57,137 nt of DNA from a virus (Duplodnaviria; Caudoviricetes), in the IMG/VR virus record IMGVR_UViG_3300044718_000101, positions 1-57,137 of that record; one strand, 5' to 3'. The notes below the pieces were generated by a model. It saw nothing but the letters and a program-made list of their open reading frames with translations, had not been told where the DNA came from and made no database searches. Position 1 is the first letter of the stretch; each line of letters starts with the position of its first letter. Made by a program: the position numbers and the translations under genes. Shown piece after piece: positions 19,693 to 29,377 of the stretch.

Positions 19693-21006
19693 CTAGGCAG
19701 CGAAGTCGGTCTCAACGAACGCTTGCGGCCTGATCAGGTCGAAAGCTGCCCGCATCTCGGCAAGGATGGCAACCAAGTTGCGGACGAAGAAGTCCTGGTG
19801 GCTGTCGGACGTAAGGATGTTCGACTGCTCGCGGTCCCAAAGGATAGCGAGTCTCCAGTCGGCAACCACACCGGTTCCTTCGTCGAATGCCTCGCACTCA
19901 ACAACCGGCAGACCCCAAAGACGAGGGATACCCAGAACGGACGGACCACCATAGTAGTAGCGGCCTTCGTTGTCCTTCATCAGGTCGAAGGCTTCCCAGT
20001 CGTTGGGATGCATAACGAACGCCGTTGCCTGAGCACGTCCAAGCGTTCGCACTTTGGTTCGCGCCTTCCGGGAAGTCGTGAGCCTATCCGTGTCGAAACT
20101 CTGTGTGCTGATATTGGGCTGATTCAGAACTCCGAGGAAGTTCTCCCCAACTCCATCACCCTTGGCCAGAAGGTCCTCCAGCTTCTCATCAATGCCATAC
20201 ATCAAGATCGTATCGATCAATGTCCGCAGCTGCCCGGCGTCGGCGACGGCGCGACGGGTTGCGGGGATCCAGTGAGCGATTGTCTTGACGTTGGTTTGCA
20301 CGAGTTCCAGAGCCCCGCCCGATTCGGGCTTCGTTCCAGAAACGCCTGCTGTAGCCGAAGCTTCAGGGACCGTATCCGCATTGTTTGTAAATGCAGTCAT
20401 CCGGACGAACTCAACAACATCGCTTTCGGTGTTACCATGGGTGATAACGTCGCGTAGCGTCAGCGGCCGCATAAATGTGCCCATGTCGAAGATTCCAGTT
20501 CGATCGGGAACCACGAACGCACCGGCGGACGTGTCAGAAGCACCGGTAAACAGGGTGCCCATCATCTGGCCACCAAGCTCTACCGCTGGTGAATCCACTC
20601 GCTGCTTCTGTGGAACTCTTGGCAGATTCGACATGAACGCCGCCATTTCCTTATCGGCAACCACCTGCTGGCCGATGGTCATGCGCCGTCCGTTGCGATT
20701 GGTTCCCGGGGCTCTTTGCGTTTCAGAAGGATGGGGAAGCTGGTTTGAAGCCCTGCCCATTTCGCGACCGCGTCGGTCATGAGCCGTGCGCTGCCCTTCC
20801 ATATCGAGCAAATCAGCAGCCTCGTGCTCGTATGCTTCGGTCTGCTTATTGGTGTCTTTGATGAACTTGACATCCTCGGCAGACATCTGCGCGTTGGCGT
20901 CCTTTTCAATCGCTTCGTCGTGTGCGTCGAACTTCTCGGAAACAGCCTTGTGGCCGTTCTCGATCTTTTCGCGCAGTTCTACAATTTTAGGATTCTCTCG
21001 TGGCAT
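19693..21006 (-). CDS. Major capsid protein, HK97 family
   Basis: Coiled-coil N-terminal delta-like domain; VKTIAHWIPATR, MHPNDW, LWGLPVV, FVRNLVAILAEMR motifs. Confidence 0.95.
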   Translation of the reverse strand: MPRENPKIVELREKIENGHKAVSEKFDAHDEAIEKDANAQMSAEDVKFIKDTNKQTEAYEHEAADLLDMEGQRTAHDRRGREMGRASNQLPHPSETQRAPGTNRNGRRMTIGQQVVADKEMAAFMSNLPRVPQKQRVDSPAVELGGQMMGTLFTGASDTSAGAFVVPDRTGIFDMGTFMRPLTLRDVITHGNTESDVVEFVRMTAFTNNADTVPEASATAGVSGTKPESGGALELVQTNVKTIAHWIPATRRAVADAGQLRTLIDTILMYGIDEKLEDLLAKGDGVGENFLGVLNQPNISTQSFDTDRLTTSRKARTKVRTLGRAQATAFVMHPNDWEAFDLMKDNEGRYYYGGPSVLGIPRLWGLPVVECEAFDEGTGVVADWRLAILWDREQSNILTSDSHQDFFVRNLVAILAEMRAAFDLIRPQAFVETDFAA

Positions 21007-22238
21007 TATTTCACTCCAAGCGCCGACAGTCGCCGTGCGCGGTTCAGATGCTGTTGCCGCAGGTCGTTGACCTCGCGGCCAGTTGAGGGCTCGCGCTCTG
21101 CCTCTTTGGGGTTCTGAGAGAGAAGCCCTTCGAGTTCGTCGCGAATGATGGCCAGTTGTCCGCGCACCTTTTCAGATAGCGGAGAACGGCCTTGGCCCGT
21201 GCGAATGGCTTTAAGGTCATCCACCCGGGCCGTGAGCGTTGTGAGTCCCCGAACGGCAGTAAGCACCGAATCGGAGTGCTCGTCCATCGTAAGCCGAATA
21301 GGCTCGGCTACGGTGGACTGAACATCGTTTGTGTCTAGATGGGCGCGTGCACCCTTGGTCACAGCAATCTTGCCGGACTCAAGCGCCTTTAGCGCATCTT
21401 CAAAGGTTCCAACTTTATCGGCCAGTCCGACTTTTACAGCCTCTGCACCGATATATACCCGGCCATCGGCAAGCTTCTTAGCCTGGTCGAAGGACATCCC
21501 GCGTCCGCGGGCAACCGCTTTAACGAATAGCTCGCCCTTTGCATCTACCGACCTCTGCCACTCGGCGAGTTGGTCGTCGGTGATCGCAGTTCCGTTAGTG
21601 CCTGCCCCTTTGAACTCGCCGTACTTCACGACGTGGACCGTTATGCCCTGGTCGGCTGCCATTTTGCTAAAATCTGGGGCAACGAGGAACACGCCCATTG
21701 CCCCATTTGTGGCAGTCGGGTTGCACCATATTTGAGAAGCGCTTGAGCCGATCCATAGGCCGCAACTCGCACTGCAATCGCTTACATACTGCAGCACAGG
21801 CTTCTTTTGGGCAAGCTTGTACAACAAGTCCGAGAGATCAGCAGATCCCGAAACTTCACCGCCTGGCGTATCGGTCCAAAGCGCTACTTGTTTTGCCTGG
21901 TCGTCATAAAGCAGGTTCGAGACTGCTGACATTAGGTCCCGAGTGCTGGTACCCCCCATGATCCACTGCCAGAACGTCATGTTCTTGGAAAGCGGGCCAA
22001 CCATATTTAGAAGCGCCGTCCCATTCGAGTTCAGCGCATAGCCTTTATCGTCATCGGCCGGGCATGAGAACCCGTATTCGTCCGCCCATGCGTCACCTCG
22101 CCCAGACTCATAGGCAGCTTTGGCAGAAAGGATTTCTTTGAGCGTTGCATCCCGCATACGCGAGTAGTTCGTCCTGAGCCATGTTTCGCTGAGAGCGAGG
22201 AATTCGTCCTGTGGGAAAAGCTGCTGGCGTTTATTCAT
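21006..22238 (-). CDS. Prohead protease, S49 (SppA-like) family
   Basis: DTPGGEVSG, SASCGLWIGS, GEFKG, ADGRVYIG, GLADKVG motifs; between portal and capsid. Confidence 0.9.
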   Translation of the reverse strand: MNKRQQLFPQDEFLALSETWLRTNYSRMRDATLKEILSAKAAYESGRGDAWADEYGFSCPADDDKGYALNSNGTALLNMVGPLSKNMTFWQWIMGGTSTRDLMSAVSNLLYDDQAKQVALWTDTPGGEVSGSADLSDLLYKLAQKKPVLQYVSDCSASCGLWIGSSASQIWCNPTATNGAMGVFLVAPDFSKMAADQGITVHVVKYGEFKGAGTNGTAITDDQLAEWQRSVDAKGELFVKAVARGRGMSFDQAKKLADGRVYIGAEAVKVGLADKVGTFEDALKALESGKIAVTKGARAHLDTNDVQSTVAEPIRLTMDEHSDSVLTAVRGLTTLTARVDDLKAIRTGQGRSPLSEKVRGQLAIIRDELEGLLSQNPKEAEREPSTGREVNDLRQQHLNRARRLSALGVK

Positions 22239-22257
22239 GGTGATTTTGGGAGGCAAC

Positions 22258-22282
22258 AAAAAAGCCGCTTGAATGGCGGCTT
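22258..22282 (-). terminator. Putative intrinsic terminator after portal
   Basis: AAGCCGC-CATTCAA-GCGGCTT followed by a U-run on the minus strand. Confidence 0.6.
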
Positions 22283-22307
22283 GAATGACGGTGCTAAAAA
22301 TCTGTGA

Positions 22308-23672
22308 CTAGACTCTAGTCTTTGGCTTAGGCTTGACCTTCGCGGGTACTCCACCTTGAGGGTCTTCCCCATCAATCAGCGAGTCGTCGGGCGGCTCTGG
22401 GGCTGAACCTTTTGGCCAGATGATCGTATCGCCCCCTGGAAGCGGGGGATCGCCGTACATAGCTCTGAGTTCGTTCACGGTCTTGCGAGTGCTAACCATG
22501 ATCTTGTTGCGCGTTTCTTCTTCTGTCTTGTCTTCTTGCAACACTTCTACACCCGTTGTATCGAAACCCGTGGTGTACGATTCGTCAATCGTGAAGTCTG
22601 GCAATACCTGCTGATCGAGCGTCTGAGTGATAACCCTATGAAGCGACATGATGCCGCGCCGGTAGGACTGTCTTTCTTCGAATGTCGCATTGGACATCGT
22701 ATTGCGGTCAAGGCCTGCGCCCGTTTTGGCAACGCCTGGGGCTACGCCAAGTAAAGCAGGGATTCTCTCTTCAGCGGTCTTGCGCTGCTCTCTGGTCAAG
22801 AGCTTGCCCAAATCGGCGCCAACATGGTCAACCTTCATCGGAAGGTTATGAACGACCGTTCCGCCCTGTTTGCCGTGGGTGCTTTGCGCATCGATCTTCT
22901 GTTTAATCGCTTTGCGCTCGTCCTCATCGGGCCCCATGTAATCCGGATCGATCTTGAACATGGCAGGGTCGGGGCTAACCATAGTTCCGATCATCCCCAT
23001 GTTCTCACCAACTGCAGCCGAGAACATTCCCCACGCCTCATCGGTAAATATCTCGGTTCGGCCAGCTTTCAAGCGGGACAGCCCCTTGCGCGTGTTCTTC
23101 GGATCCACTCCGCGCCGGAAATGAACGATATCCTTTGGGTCAATCTCAATCGGCTTCGAAAATCCAGGCGAATACAAATAGTGGTCGATGTAAACGGAAC
23201 CGTCAGGCGGGTAAATCGGCTCCATCAGGTGATGAGGGATGTAGAGATAACCGATAACTGCGTCCAGCCCTCCGCGCAACTTGTACCAGTAAGCGTTCCC
23301 GTCGATATCGAGTCCGATGATCGTTCCTGCCCAAAGAATATCGTCGCCGTAAAGCTCATTGGGACGCTTTAGAATCTGCTGCAACCTGCGCAGCGCCGCG
23401 TTTCCATGACGGATTGGCTGAATAACCGGTTTGTCTTCCGTGGTTTGTCGATAAATCCGAAGAGGAGCCTCAGCCCAGATGTCGAACTTCCACCCGAGGC
23501 AGATCATTACGATGCTATTGCCAAGTGAATCGACAGCAGCAATCAGCGATGCAAGTTGATCGGGGCTAAGCCCGTTAAGCATCCACGAACCGCCGCCAAT
23601 ACTCCCGCGCTCTCTAGGGAATCTGAATACCCCTTTGAGAAAGGCCTTTGCGCGGTCTAAGATGTTTGGCAT
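22308..23672 (-). CDS. Portal protein, HK97 family
   Basis: RPN, DGNAYW, DIVHFR, GLS, TVNELR..G.PP..GGD motifs. Confidence 0.93.
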   Translation of the reverse strand: MPNILDRAKAFLKGVFRFPRERGSIGGGSWMLNGLSPDQLASLIAAVDSLGNSIVMICLGWKFDIWAEAPLRIYRQTTEDKPVIQPIRHGNAALRRLQQILKRPNELYGDDILWAGTIIGLDIDGNAYWYKLRGGLDAVIGYLYIPHHLMEPIYPPDGSVYIDHYLYSPGFSKPIEIDPKDIVHFRRGVDPKNTRKGLSRLKAGRTEIFTDEAWGMFSAAVGENMGMIGTMVSPDPAMFKIDPDYMGPDEDERKAIKQKIDAQSTHGKQGGTVVHNLPMKVDHVGADLGKLLTREQRKTAEERIPALLGVAPGVAKTGAGLDRNTMSNATFEERQSYRRGIMSLHRVITQTLDQQVLPDFTIDESYTTGFDTTGVEVLQEDKTEEETRNKIMVSTRKTVNELRAMYGDPPLPGGDTIIWPKGSAPEPPDDSLIDGEDPQGGVPAKVKPKPKTRV

Positions 23673-23679
23673 AGTGGTG

Positions 23680-25215
23680 TTAGCTCATTGCGTGGCGCAA
23701 CTTACGAGTTCTCTTCGGTGGCCTTAACTTAGATATGATATATCTCAAACAATCCGCGAAATGGAACTTTGCCTTGTCCCTAATTTCCTTTGTCGGCTCG
23801 AGCTGATCGTCCAAAACTCTTGAATATCGCGTGATGTTTGCCACTGTCTTCACGCAGGTATCGAAGATGATAAGGTTCCCCGACGTGAACGCCTCGTAAA
23901 CACAACCGATTTGCGTCTCCACGTCATTAACAGGCGGCTCATCGAAGGGGATACCATGCATTCGGTAGGCCTCGCGCCACCCATCTTCCTGATGTGAACC
24001 AGCCGCGCCGGGATTGATGCCATGTGGCCCAATCGCTCTGACTAACGCCTCTCTCATCCCTTGGGCGTGCTCTTTGTAGCTCTTGCTTTTCTGCGTATAC
24101 TCGGCAACGACATAGAGCGTTTCACTTACCGGATCCTTGGCGATCCAGACGCAAGCCGTGTTATTGTTTCCAAAGTCGCCACCGGGAAAGACCTTCCAAT
24201 CGATCGGGATTGCAAATGGCTTACAAATGTGCTTCTTAGTGTCGAAGCATCCGTAAATCAGACCGGCGGGGCGAGTAAAGAGCCCTTTATACATCATGTC
24301 GAACTCCCAGTCCGGCATGCCGTTTTCCTCGCGCTCTAACTCACATTCCTGCTCTGAAATGTTCGGATTGAACCAGCTAGGGAAGTTGAAGAACGCCCAC
24401 CGCTTGTCACCGCGTTTGATTGCGGTTTCGGCTTTATCGTAAACATCCGTCTTGAACCAACCCCACTCATAAGGGGTTGTTCCCCAGAAGCGGCGGCCAA
24501 ACATTCCGCCCGGCCCTTCCGCTTCGTAGTAAGTGTCCTTCCACCACTTCAGCATTTCCCTTTGGGCATCAGTGAGCGCTTCCCATGCCCGCTTGAAAGT
24601 GTAGGACCTAGCGACCTTTAACCGGCGATTGAACGCCCGGTATGAGGCTTGCTTATTCTCCTTTTGCCCCGCCTCATCCCACGCCCCGGCTAAGGCGGTC
24701 ATCGATTCAAGGTTGCTTGAATCCTGGGTATAGGCGAACGTGAATGTAACCGGACAATGATCGAATCCTAAGACCTTTCGCAGCCCCTCTTTACTGAAGA
24801 AGAACTTCGGCTTATTCCCGCCGATCAGCCGGCCAAGCTGCTCCTCTTCTTCGAATAGGTCCTTAAACGCCGGTAAAGCCTGCTCGCCCATCAGCGTGAG
24901 CGTGGGCCCGGCATAGATGAACTTACCCTCGCCGAATAGCAGTATCAGCGGGGCGCATCGCTGGACTTCTCTTAAGAGCCAAGGTGCCTCCGTTGCAGTC
25001 TTGCCTCCTTGCGTTCCTGCAACCGCGACAACCTCCATCGCATGCGAAGCCCACGCCGCACTTTGTCCTTCGTGGAACCACTCCGGAGGGAAAGAAAAAT
25101 CCGAGACTTCTTCGTTCGCCGGAGTCTTTAACTCGGCGAAGTTATCAAGCCGTTCAGCTATTCTGCGTTCGAACTTCTCCGCTAGCGAAAGTGAGCCTGA
25201 CGATTGATAAGGCAA
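23680..25215 (-). CDS. terL: Terminase large subunit
   Basis: Walker A AGTQGGKT, Walker B WDEAG, TTP coupling motif, nuclease GGDFG and HFADCLRY. Confidence 0.92.
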   Translation of the reverse strand: MPYQSSGSLSLAEKFERRIAERLDNFAELKTPANEEVSDFSFPPEWFHEGQSAAWASHAMEVVAVAGTQGGKTATEAPWLLREVQRCAPLILLFGEGKFIYAGPTLTLMGEQALPAFKDLFEEEEQLGRLIGGNKPKFFFSKEGLRKVLGFDHCPVTFTFAYTQDSSNLESMTALAGAWDEAGQKENKQASYRAFNRRLKVARSYTFKRAWEALTDAQREMLKWWKDTYYEAEGPGGMFGRRFWGTTPYEWGWFKTDVYDKAETAIKRGDKRWAFFNFPSWFNPNISEQECELEREENGMPDWEFDMMYKGLFTRPAGLIYGCFDTKKHICKPFAIPIDWKVFPGGDFGNNNTACVWIAKDPVSETLYVVAEYTQKSKSYKEHAQGMREALVRAIGPHGINPGAAGSHQEDGWREAYRMHGIPFDEPPVNDVETQIGCVYEAFTSGNLIIFDTCVKTVANITRYSRVLDDQLEPTKEIRDKAKFHFADCLRYIISKLRPPKRTRKLRHAMS

Positions 25216-25819
25216 GGTTCTGTTGTTCCTGGGTCAGCCCTAACTGCGTATTTGTAAAGACATCGATCACAGCATTTGCAACCGCATCGGCCCTTCTTAA
25301 CGCTTCGGCCTCATTAAGCGCCCTAGCCCTATCGTGGAGAATGCTGCTCTCCGCTAATGTGTGACCCTTTAGTTCGTCACCTAATGCTTTCCACTGAGCC
25401 CACAAGGGAGCCAAGCGGTTCATCCTAGTTCTGGTCGGCTTCCCTTCGCAGATGCCAGCGATTTCGGCCCAAACCTCGTTCATCCGAAGTTCAACAACCG
25501 TGATTAAGTTCTTCAGGCTTAACAGTTCTTGCGGTTCGACTAAGGCACAGTTCGGAAAGACGGCCTGGTTATGAAACTTACTAGCCCGCCCATGAATCTG
25601 AGGAGCACCTGTGGACGTGCCGCCATGAGTCCTGCACCGGCCGTTGCAATATCCGCCGAACCAAACATGAGGATCATCTTCGCATCTGGTTCCCGGGAAG
25701 GATTTAGATTCGGCTCCGCAAATCTCGGAACCGTCCTCGCATTTGAACGGCTCCCCTTTCGGCGGATAGCTGTTGTAGGGGATATTGCGCCGGGTTGTGC
25801 CTTTTTGACCTTTCGCCAC
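25154..25819 (-). CDS. HGGxSTG-domain protein, putative terminase small subunit
   Basis: CGA..C..GRCRTHGGTSTG motif; directly upstream of terL. Confidence 0.75.
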   Translation of the reverse strand: MAKGQKGTTRRNIPYNSYPPKGEPFKCEDGSEICGAESKSFPGTRCEDDPHVWFGGYCNGRCRTHGGTSTGAPQIHGRASKFHNQAVFPNCALVEPQELLSLKNLITVVELRMNEVWAEIAGICEGKPTRTRMNRLAPLWAQWKALGDELKGHTLAESSILHDRARALNEAEALRRADAVANAVIDVFTNTQLGLTQEQQNLALSIVRLTFASGEVRTQNS

Positions 25820-26110
25820 CTAGACACCACTCGTAGAAACTACAGCCGGAGCAAGCGCCGCCGAAGCATGGCCCAAAATCTCATTGGCCACCGTCTCGAC
25901 AAGCGAAACAATCGGAGCCGATACGCCGTGCTCTGCTGCGATCTTCGCGATCTCACCCGGCAGCAACTGGCTTACAAGCGGGATCGCCTCGGCCAGAACC
26001 TCTTTCCCCGTGGCCACAGCCTCAGCGGCAAGCTTTGAGACTTTGGCCTTGACAACCGATTCAGCGACCGAGAAAAAGTGGCCCATCGCTAGGCTTAGGT
26101 GGATATGCAT
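25820..26110 (-). CDS. Hypothetical Ala/Val-rich protein
   Basis: AGGAG RBS; stop abuts the terS start. Confidence 0.55.
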   Translation of the reverse strand: MHIHLSLAMGHFFSVAESVVKAKVSKLAAEAVATGKEVLAEAIPLVSQLLPGEIAKIAAEHGVSAPIVSLVETVANEILGHASAALAPAVVSTSGV

Positions 26111-26474
26111 GAATGTGTTTCTCCTGGGGTTCCTCGTAGATGCCCCGAAATCTGCAATTGTCTAGCCGTAGACGACCATATTGCCGACGTCAGCAAAATG
26201 GTTCTATGTGTAGACAATCCTGGGTGGAACAGTTTTGATTTGAGCCAGAAGATTGTTCCGGTCAGCTTCAAAAATGTGGGCTGGAGATTGTATTTCTCCA
26301 TCTGAGCGGCAAAATATTACAAGGTAGAGGTCGTGCTTAGGTGAGCGGTCTAACTAGACGAACTCGGCATAGATCGGACGGCAAACTGACAACTTAAGAA
26401 AAGCGCTTTATCCTATAAGCGTTAGGTTCAAATCTTTACAATAACCGTGCGAAACAGGCCCGAAATGTTTACTA

Positions 26475-26861
26475 TTAGGAGTCGTGATATTCGGTGTTGA
26501 TAATGGTCATGTATTCCAGGTCTTCAACACCTACAATGGCTGTTCTCGTGGCGTAGCCAACATTGGCAGCCCAAACCCAGGTTTCGCGATCAATGTCGTA
26601 ACGACCGCCTTTGTAGCCTTCCATCGATTCTCCGATACGGCCTTCCAAATGTGCAATCAGGTCCTTCAGCAAGGCGTCTTCGGCCTGGGGCTCAGTCTCG
26701 TACCCTAGGGCTGCTTGCTCATAAAACCCTCGGTAACTGTCGAGTTTCGTGGGGATGATGCCGCCAAAGTCGAAGCGGACTGCCTTGTCGGGGTATTCGG
26801 GGTTGATCGTGGCTTTCAGCGCGTCGATCAGTTCGCCTAGTTGCAATTTGCTTCTCTTCAT
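26475..26861 (-). CDS. Hypothetical phage protein
   Basis: LGELI..L, DSYRGFY, GYKGG motifs; start chosen at MKRSKL. Confidence 0.6.
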   Translation of the reverse strand: MKRSKLQLGELIDALKATINPEYPDKAVRFDFGGIIPTKLDSYRGFYEQAALGYETEPQAEDALLKDLIAHLEGRIGESMEGYKGGRYDIDRETWVWAANVGYATRTAIVGVEDLEYMTIINTEYHDS

Positions 26862-26869
26862 AACATCGC

Positions 26870-27109
26870 TCACTTCGGCCCATCCGCATTGCTCGTAAGG
26901 CCTGTGCTTACCGGGGCATTCTTGGTTGTGTAATAGGCGTGTCCGTCCACTCCGAGCCCTGCGACGAAGCCCGACAATGCATAATGCGGAATCGTGTCTA
27001 CCCCAATTCCAAATAAGAAGTGCATCCCAACACCTAAGAGGAACCCAGCTAGGCACCCTAACAGACCACGGAAGCCCGCTATCTTAGGATCGTAGGGGAG
27101 TTGGTTCAT
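26870..27109 (-). CDS. Small membrane protein, holin candidate
   Basis: 79 aa, two hydrophobic segments; ATGA overlap with upstream ORF. Confidence 0.5.
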   Translation of the reverse strand: MNQLPYDPKIAGFRGLLGCLAGFLLGVGMHFLFGIGVDTIPHYALSGFVAGLGVDGHAYYTTKNAPVSTGLTSNADGPK

Positions 27110-27222
27110 GGGCGTTTGTAAATTCGGAAGATCAGCACCGCTTCTACCAGAACCACTACCAGCGGAAGCCAGGGATGGTGGTCGAAGAAAGAGAGCCATG
27201 ATTGGTTCCAGTGGGTGTACAC
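27106..27222 (-). CDS. 38-aa single-TM protein (not in ORF track)
   Basis: MYTHWNQSWLSFFDHHPWLPLVVVLVEAVLIFRIYKRP; fills the gap with ATGA coupling. Confidence 0.4.
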   Translation of the reverse strand: MYTHWNQSWLSFFDHHPWLPLVVVLVEAVLIFRIYKRP

Positions 27223-27227
27223 GGCGG

Positions 27228-27545
27228 TTAGTTGCCCAATTTCCGGTCTATACGCTCCGTTGTCTCTTTGATCGAATGCACGTCGTGTTCAACACCGACC
27301 ATGCGCGCGTCTGAGGCCGCTTGCTTTTGTGTGATATTGTTGATTTGGACACTGTGATCGGTGATCTTCGCCCCGAGGTCATCGATCTTCTGGCTAATAG
27401 CCCCCCACTGAGTAATAATCCCGATCACGAAAATAGCAATCGCAACCAGCGCACCAAGCCAGTCCCATTTCAATATCCACGGGTGCTTATCTGAGGCGCG
27501 TCGTCCCTTGCGTTCCATAACTTGCTCTTCGTGAATGTATGGCAT
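27228..27545 (-). CDS. TM plus coiled-coil lysis-region protein (holin/XhlA-like or spanin-like)
   Basis: Basic N-terminus, one TM helix, heptad C-terminus. Confidence 0.55.
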   Translation of the reverse strand: MPYIHEEQVMERKGRRASDKHPWILKWDWLGALVAIAIFVIGIITQWGAISQKIDDLGAKITDHSVQINNITQKQAASDARMVGVEHDVHSIKETTERIDRKLGN

Positions 27546-27588
27546 AAGCGTCTTTAGGTGTTTGGGCTAAAGGTGCCCGAGGTCGCGG

Positions 27589-27750
27589 TTATCTGAACAA
27601 CTGCATGAGCCAATAACCAATGCAACAAAGATTTGCGATGAAATATGAGTAATACCAAGCCGTATCGAATGCCTTCTTCGCATCCCTGAACTTGACAGCC
27701 GATGCATAAGCACCACACAAGCTAAACAAGGCGGCGAACACGAAGACCAT
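27589..27750 (-). CDS. 53-aa two-TM protein (not in ORF track)
   Basis: MVFVFAALFSLCGAYASAVKFRDAKKAFDTAWYYSYFIANLCCIGYWLMQLFR; TAATG coupling. Confidence 0.45.
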   Translation of the reverse strand: MVFVFAALFSLCGAYASAVKFRDAKKAFDTAWYYSYFIANLCCIGYWLMQLFR

Positions 27751-27986
27751 TACTGGCCCGATTCCGTCCCATCAAACCGCCAAGCCGCAGCAATCGCCCG
27801 CTCAACATCAGCGCCGTAAGCACGCTCCCCGCCGGGCAAGCCAACAACAGCCCACTTCATATCGGGCTGCGAGTAGAACGTCGGGCTGCACGTCGCGCCC
27901 CACGGGTTTACGTCCTTACCGGCCTTGTTGAAGGCTTCGGCCTGGGCGTTCTGTGCATCGTCGTAGTTCTGATCGGTTGTACTCAT
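27750..27986 (-). CDS. Hypothetical protein
   Basis: Co-oriented ORF with plausible RBS. Confidence 0.5.
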   Translation of the reverse strand: MSTTDQNYDDAQNAQAEAFNKAGKDVNPWGATCSPTFYSQPDMKWAVVGLPGGERAYGADVERAIAAAWRFDGTESGQ

Positions 27987-28002
27987 AACTCACCCTGCGG
28001 TC

Positions 28003-28617
28003 TTAAGCCGCTGTCGAAAACTTGTACAGGTCGTCGCCATCAACGACGACAAGCGAGACCACTTGCTGCCTAGTCGCCGTAATGGCAGCCCAAACCTTCG
28101 TCCATCCAGGCATCGGGCAAACCACGCACCCGGCCGACCACTGGCCGATATTGGCGCTCGATCCGCCGTGGTGGAAGTGAATACCAAACTGGCCGAGGTA
28201 AATCTTTATCTCGTCGTGGTCGATGATGCCGTCGCGGTTGGCGTCCCGCTGAACCTCGAAGTTCTCGGCCTGAACCAGACAAGGGTTCGAAGGATCGCCA
28301 TGGTGGAATCCCGGCTTGAAGTGGTAGACCTTGCCGCCATTGGCAAGTGAAATCAAGTGAGCAGCGCCGGCAGGATTGTCGGGATGCTCCGTCCAATAAG
28401 CGCCTGGGTGAGAAGTGCCCGGAACCATCATCCAAACAGGGCCACAAAGAATAATCGTGTCTTTGTACATATCCTCAGCAAACGGCGCAAGACTGATCTC
28501 GTCGGCGGACCTCGGAACAGCATTGCGGATCGCATAAATGCGAAGGTGCCCGGCGTCGGGCTTCACGCCATGAGCCATAGCGTAGCGGTCGAGCAAATCA
28601 GAAGTGATTTTGTACAT
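28003..28617 (-). CDS. Putative endolysin with an L,D-transpeptidase-like His/Cys motif
   Basis: VQRDANRDG..GQFGIHFH..WSAGCVV; surrounded by small TM genes; start at MYKITS. Confidence 0.65.
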   Translation of the reverse strand: MYKITSDLLDRYAMAHGVKPDAGHLRIYAIRNAVPRSADEISLAPFAEDMYKDTIILCGPVWMMVPGTSHPGAYWTEHPDNPAGAAHLISLANGGKVYHFKPGFHHGDPSNPCLVQAENFEVQRDANRDGIIDHDEIKIYLGQFGIHFHHGGSSANIGQWSAGCVVCPMPGWTKVWAAITATRQQVVSLVVVDGDDLYKFSTAA

Positions 28618-28618
28618 G

Positions 28619-28732
28619 TCAGTTTCCAAACAGCGACAGGCAGCCCGCGAAGGCGTAGCCAAGAAGAAATATCACCAGGGCGCAGCCCAAAAGCCTCCAG
28701 AACGAATCCATCAAGCGGTCAATCGCTCGCAT
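28619..28732 (-). CDS. 37-aa membrane peptide with lipobox-like FAGC (not in ORF track)
   Basis: MRAIDRLMDSFWRLLGCALVIFLLGYAFAGCLSLFGN; ends 1 nt before the lysin ATG. Confidence 0.4.
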   Translation of the reverse strand: MRAIDRLMDSFWRLLGCALVIFLLGYAFAGCLSLFGN

Positions 28733-28810
28733 CACCCGGCTCCTCATAGTGCATCCCGAAGTCAATAGGCTCAGGAGTTGGCTGGGCGTCGAAGGCTAAA
28801 AGCTCGGGGA

Positions 28811-29377
28811 TCATGCCGCCGTCACCAACTGGTATTGCTTCTCGTTGGCCAAGGCCCAAGCCTTGTTCCGGTTGAAGTCGTCCACGAAATCCTGGCCCCA
28901 GTCGTTCGACCGGAAGTAGCAAGCCGTGTTAGCCTGCGAGAATCCCATGGCCGAGAAGTTCACCGAGCCGGTCCAGCACTCATATTCAAAACCAAGCTCA
29001 GGGGCTACGACAATGGCCTTGTCATGCAGGATATAGCCCGGGTGGTCTGAATCGGGGCCCGCCGTCGAAACGATAAACTCACAGTTCGGGCAAGCCTTAG
29101 CAAGCTCGACAACCGCCGTCTTTTCCGATGGTCCGCATTCCTGGGTGTGGTCAATCAAGGCATGGATCACTACCCCCTCTTTCGAAGCGGCCTCAATCTC
29201 GGCAAAGAGTTCGCCTAACGAAAAGTTAAAAGCCTTGATCCACGTCTCGCGCGGACTGTGCAGCATTTCCAGGATGCGCGCCTTAGCCGCTTGACCTGCC
29301 ACAGGGAGCCGGTACCAGACCTGCGGGCAGTCAGTAGTGAGAATGCCAGGCGTTGCGCCAACTGCGGGTGTGTTCAT
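28811..29377 (-). CDS. Single-domain phospholipase D superfamily protein (Nuc-like)
   Basis: LHDKAIVV..WTGSVNFS (HxK..GSxN); start at MNTPAV. Confidence 0.8.
   Translation of the reverse strand: MNTPAVGATPGILTTDCPQVWYRLPVAGQAAKARILEMLHSPRETWIKAFNFSLGELFAEIEAASKEGVVIHALIDHTQECGPSEKTAVVELAKACPNCEFIVSTAGPDSDHPGYILHDKAIVVAPELGFEYECWTGSVNFSAMGFSQANTACYFRSNDWGQDFVDDFNRNKAWALANEKQYQLVTAA

Noticed and set aside
19723-20457. Long antisense ORFs (for example 19723-20457, 38627-39319, 10991-11647)
   Set aside because: Shadows of well-supported genes in GC-rich DNA, with no motifs or RBS
26209-26216. Extra TGTAGACA operator-like site
   Set aside because: Isolated match with six fixed bases, expected by chance in 57 kb, and no paired site or promoter
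26111-26474. cos/pac packaging site
   Set aside because: Position is plausible but I could not identify a diagnostic sequence
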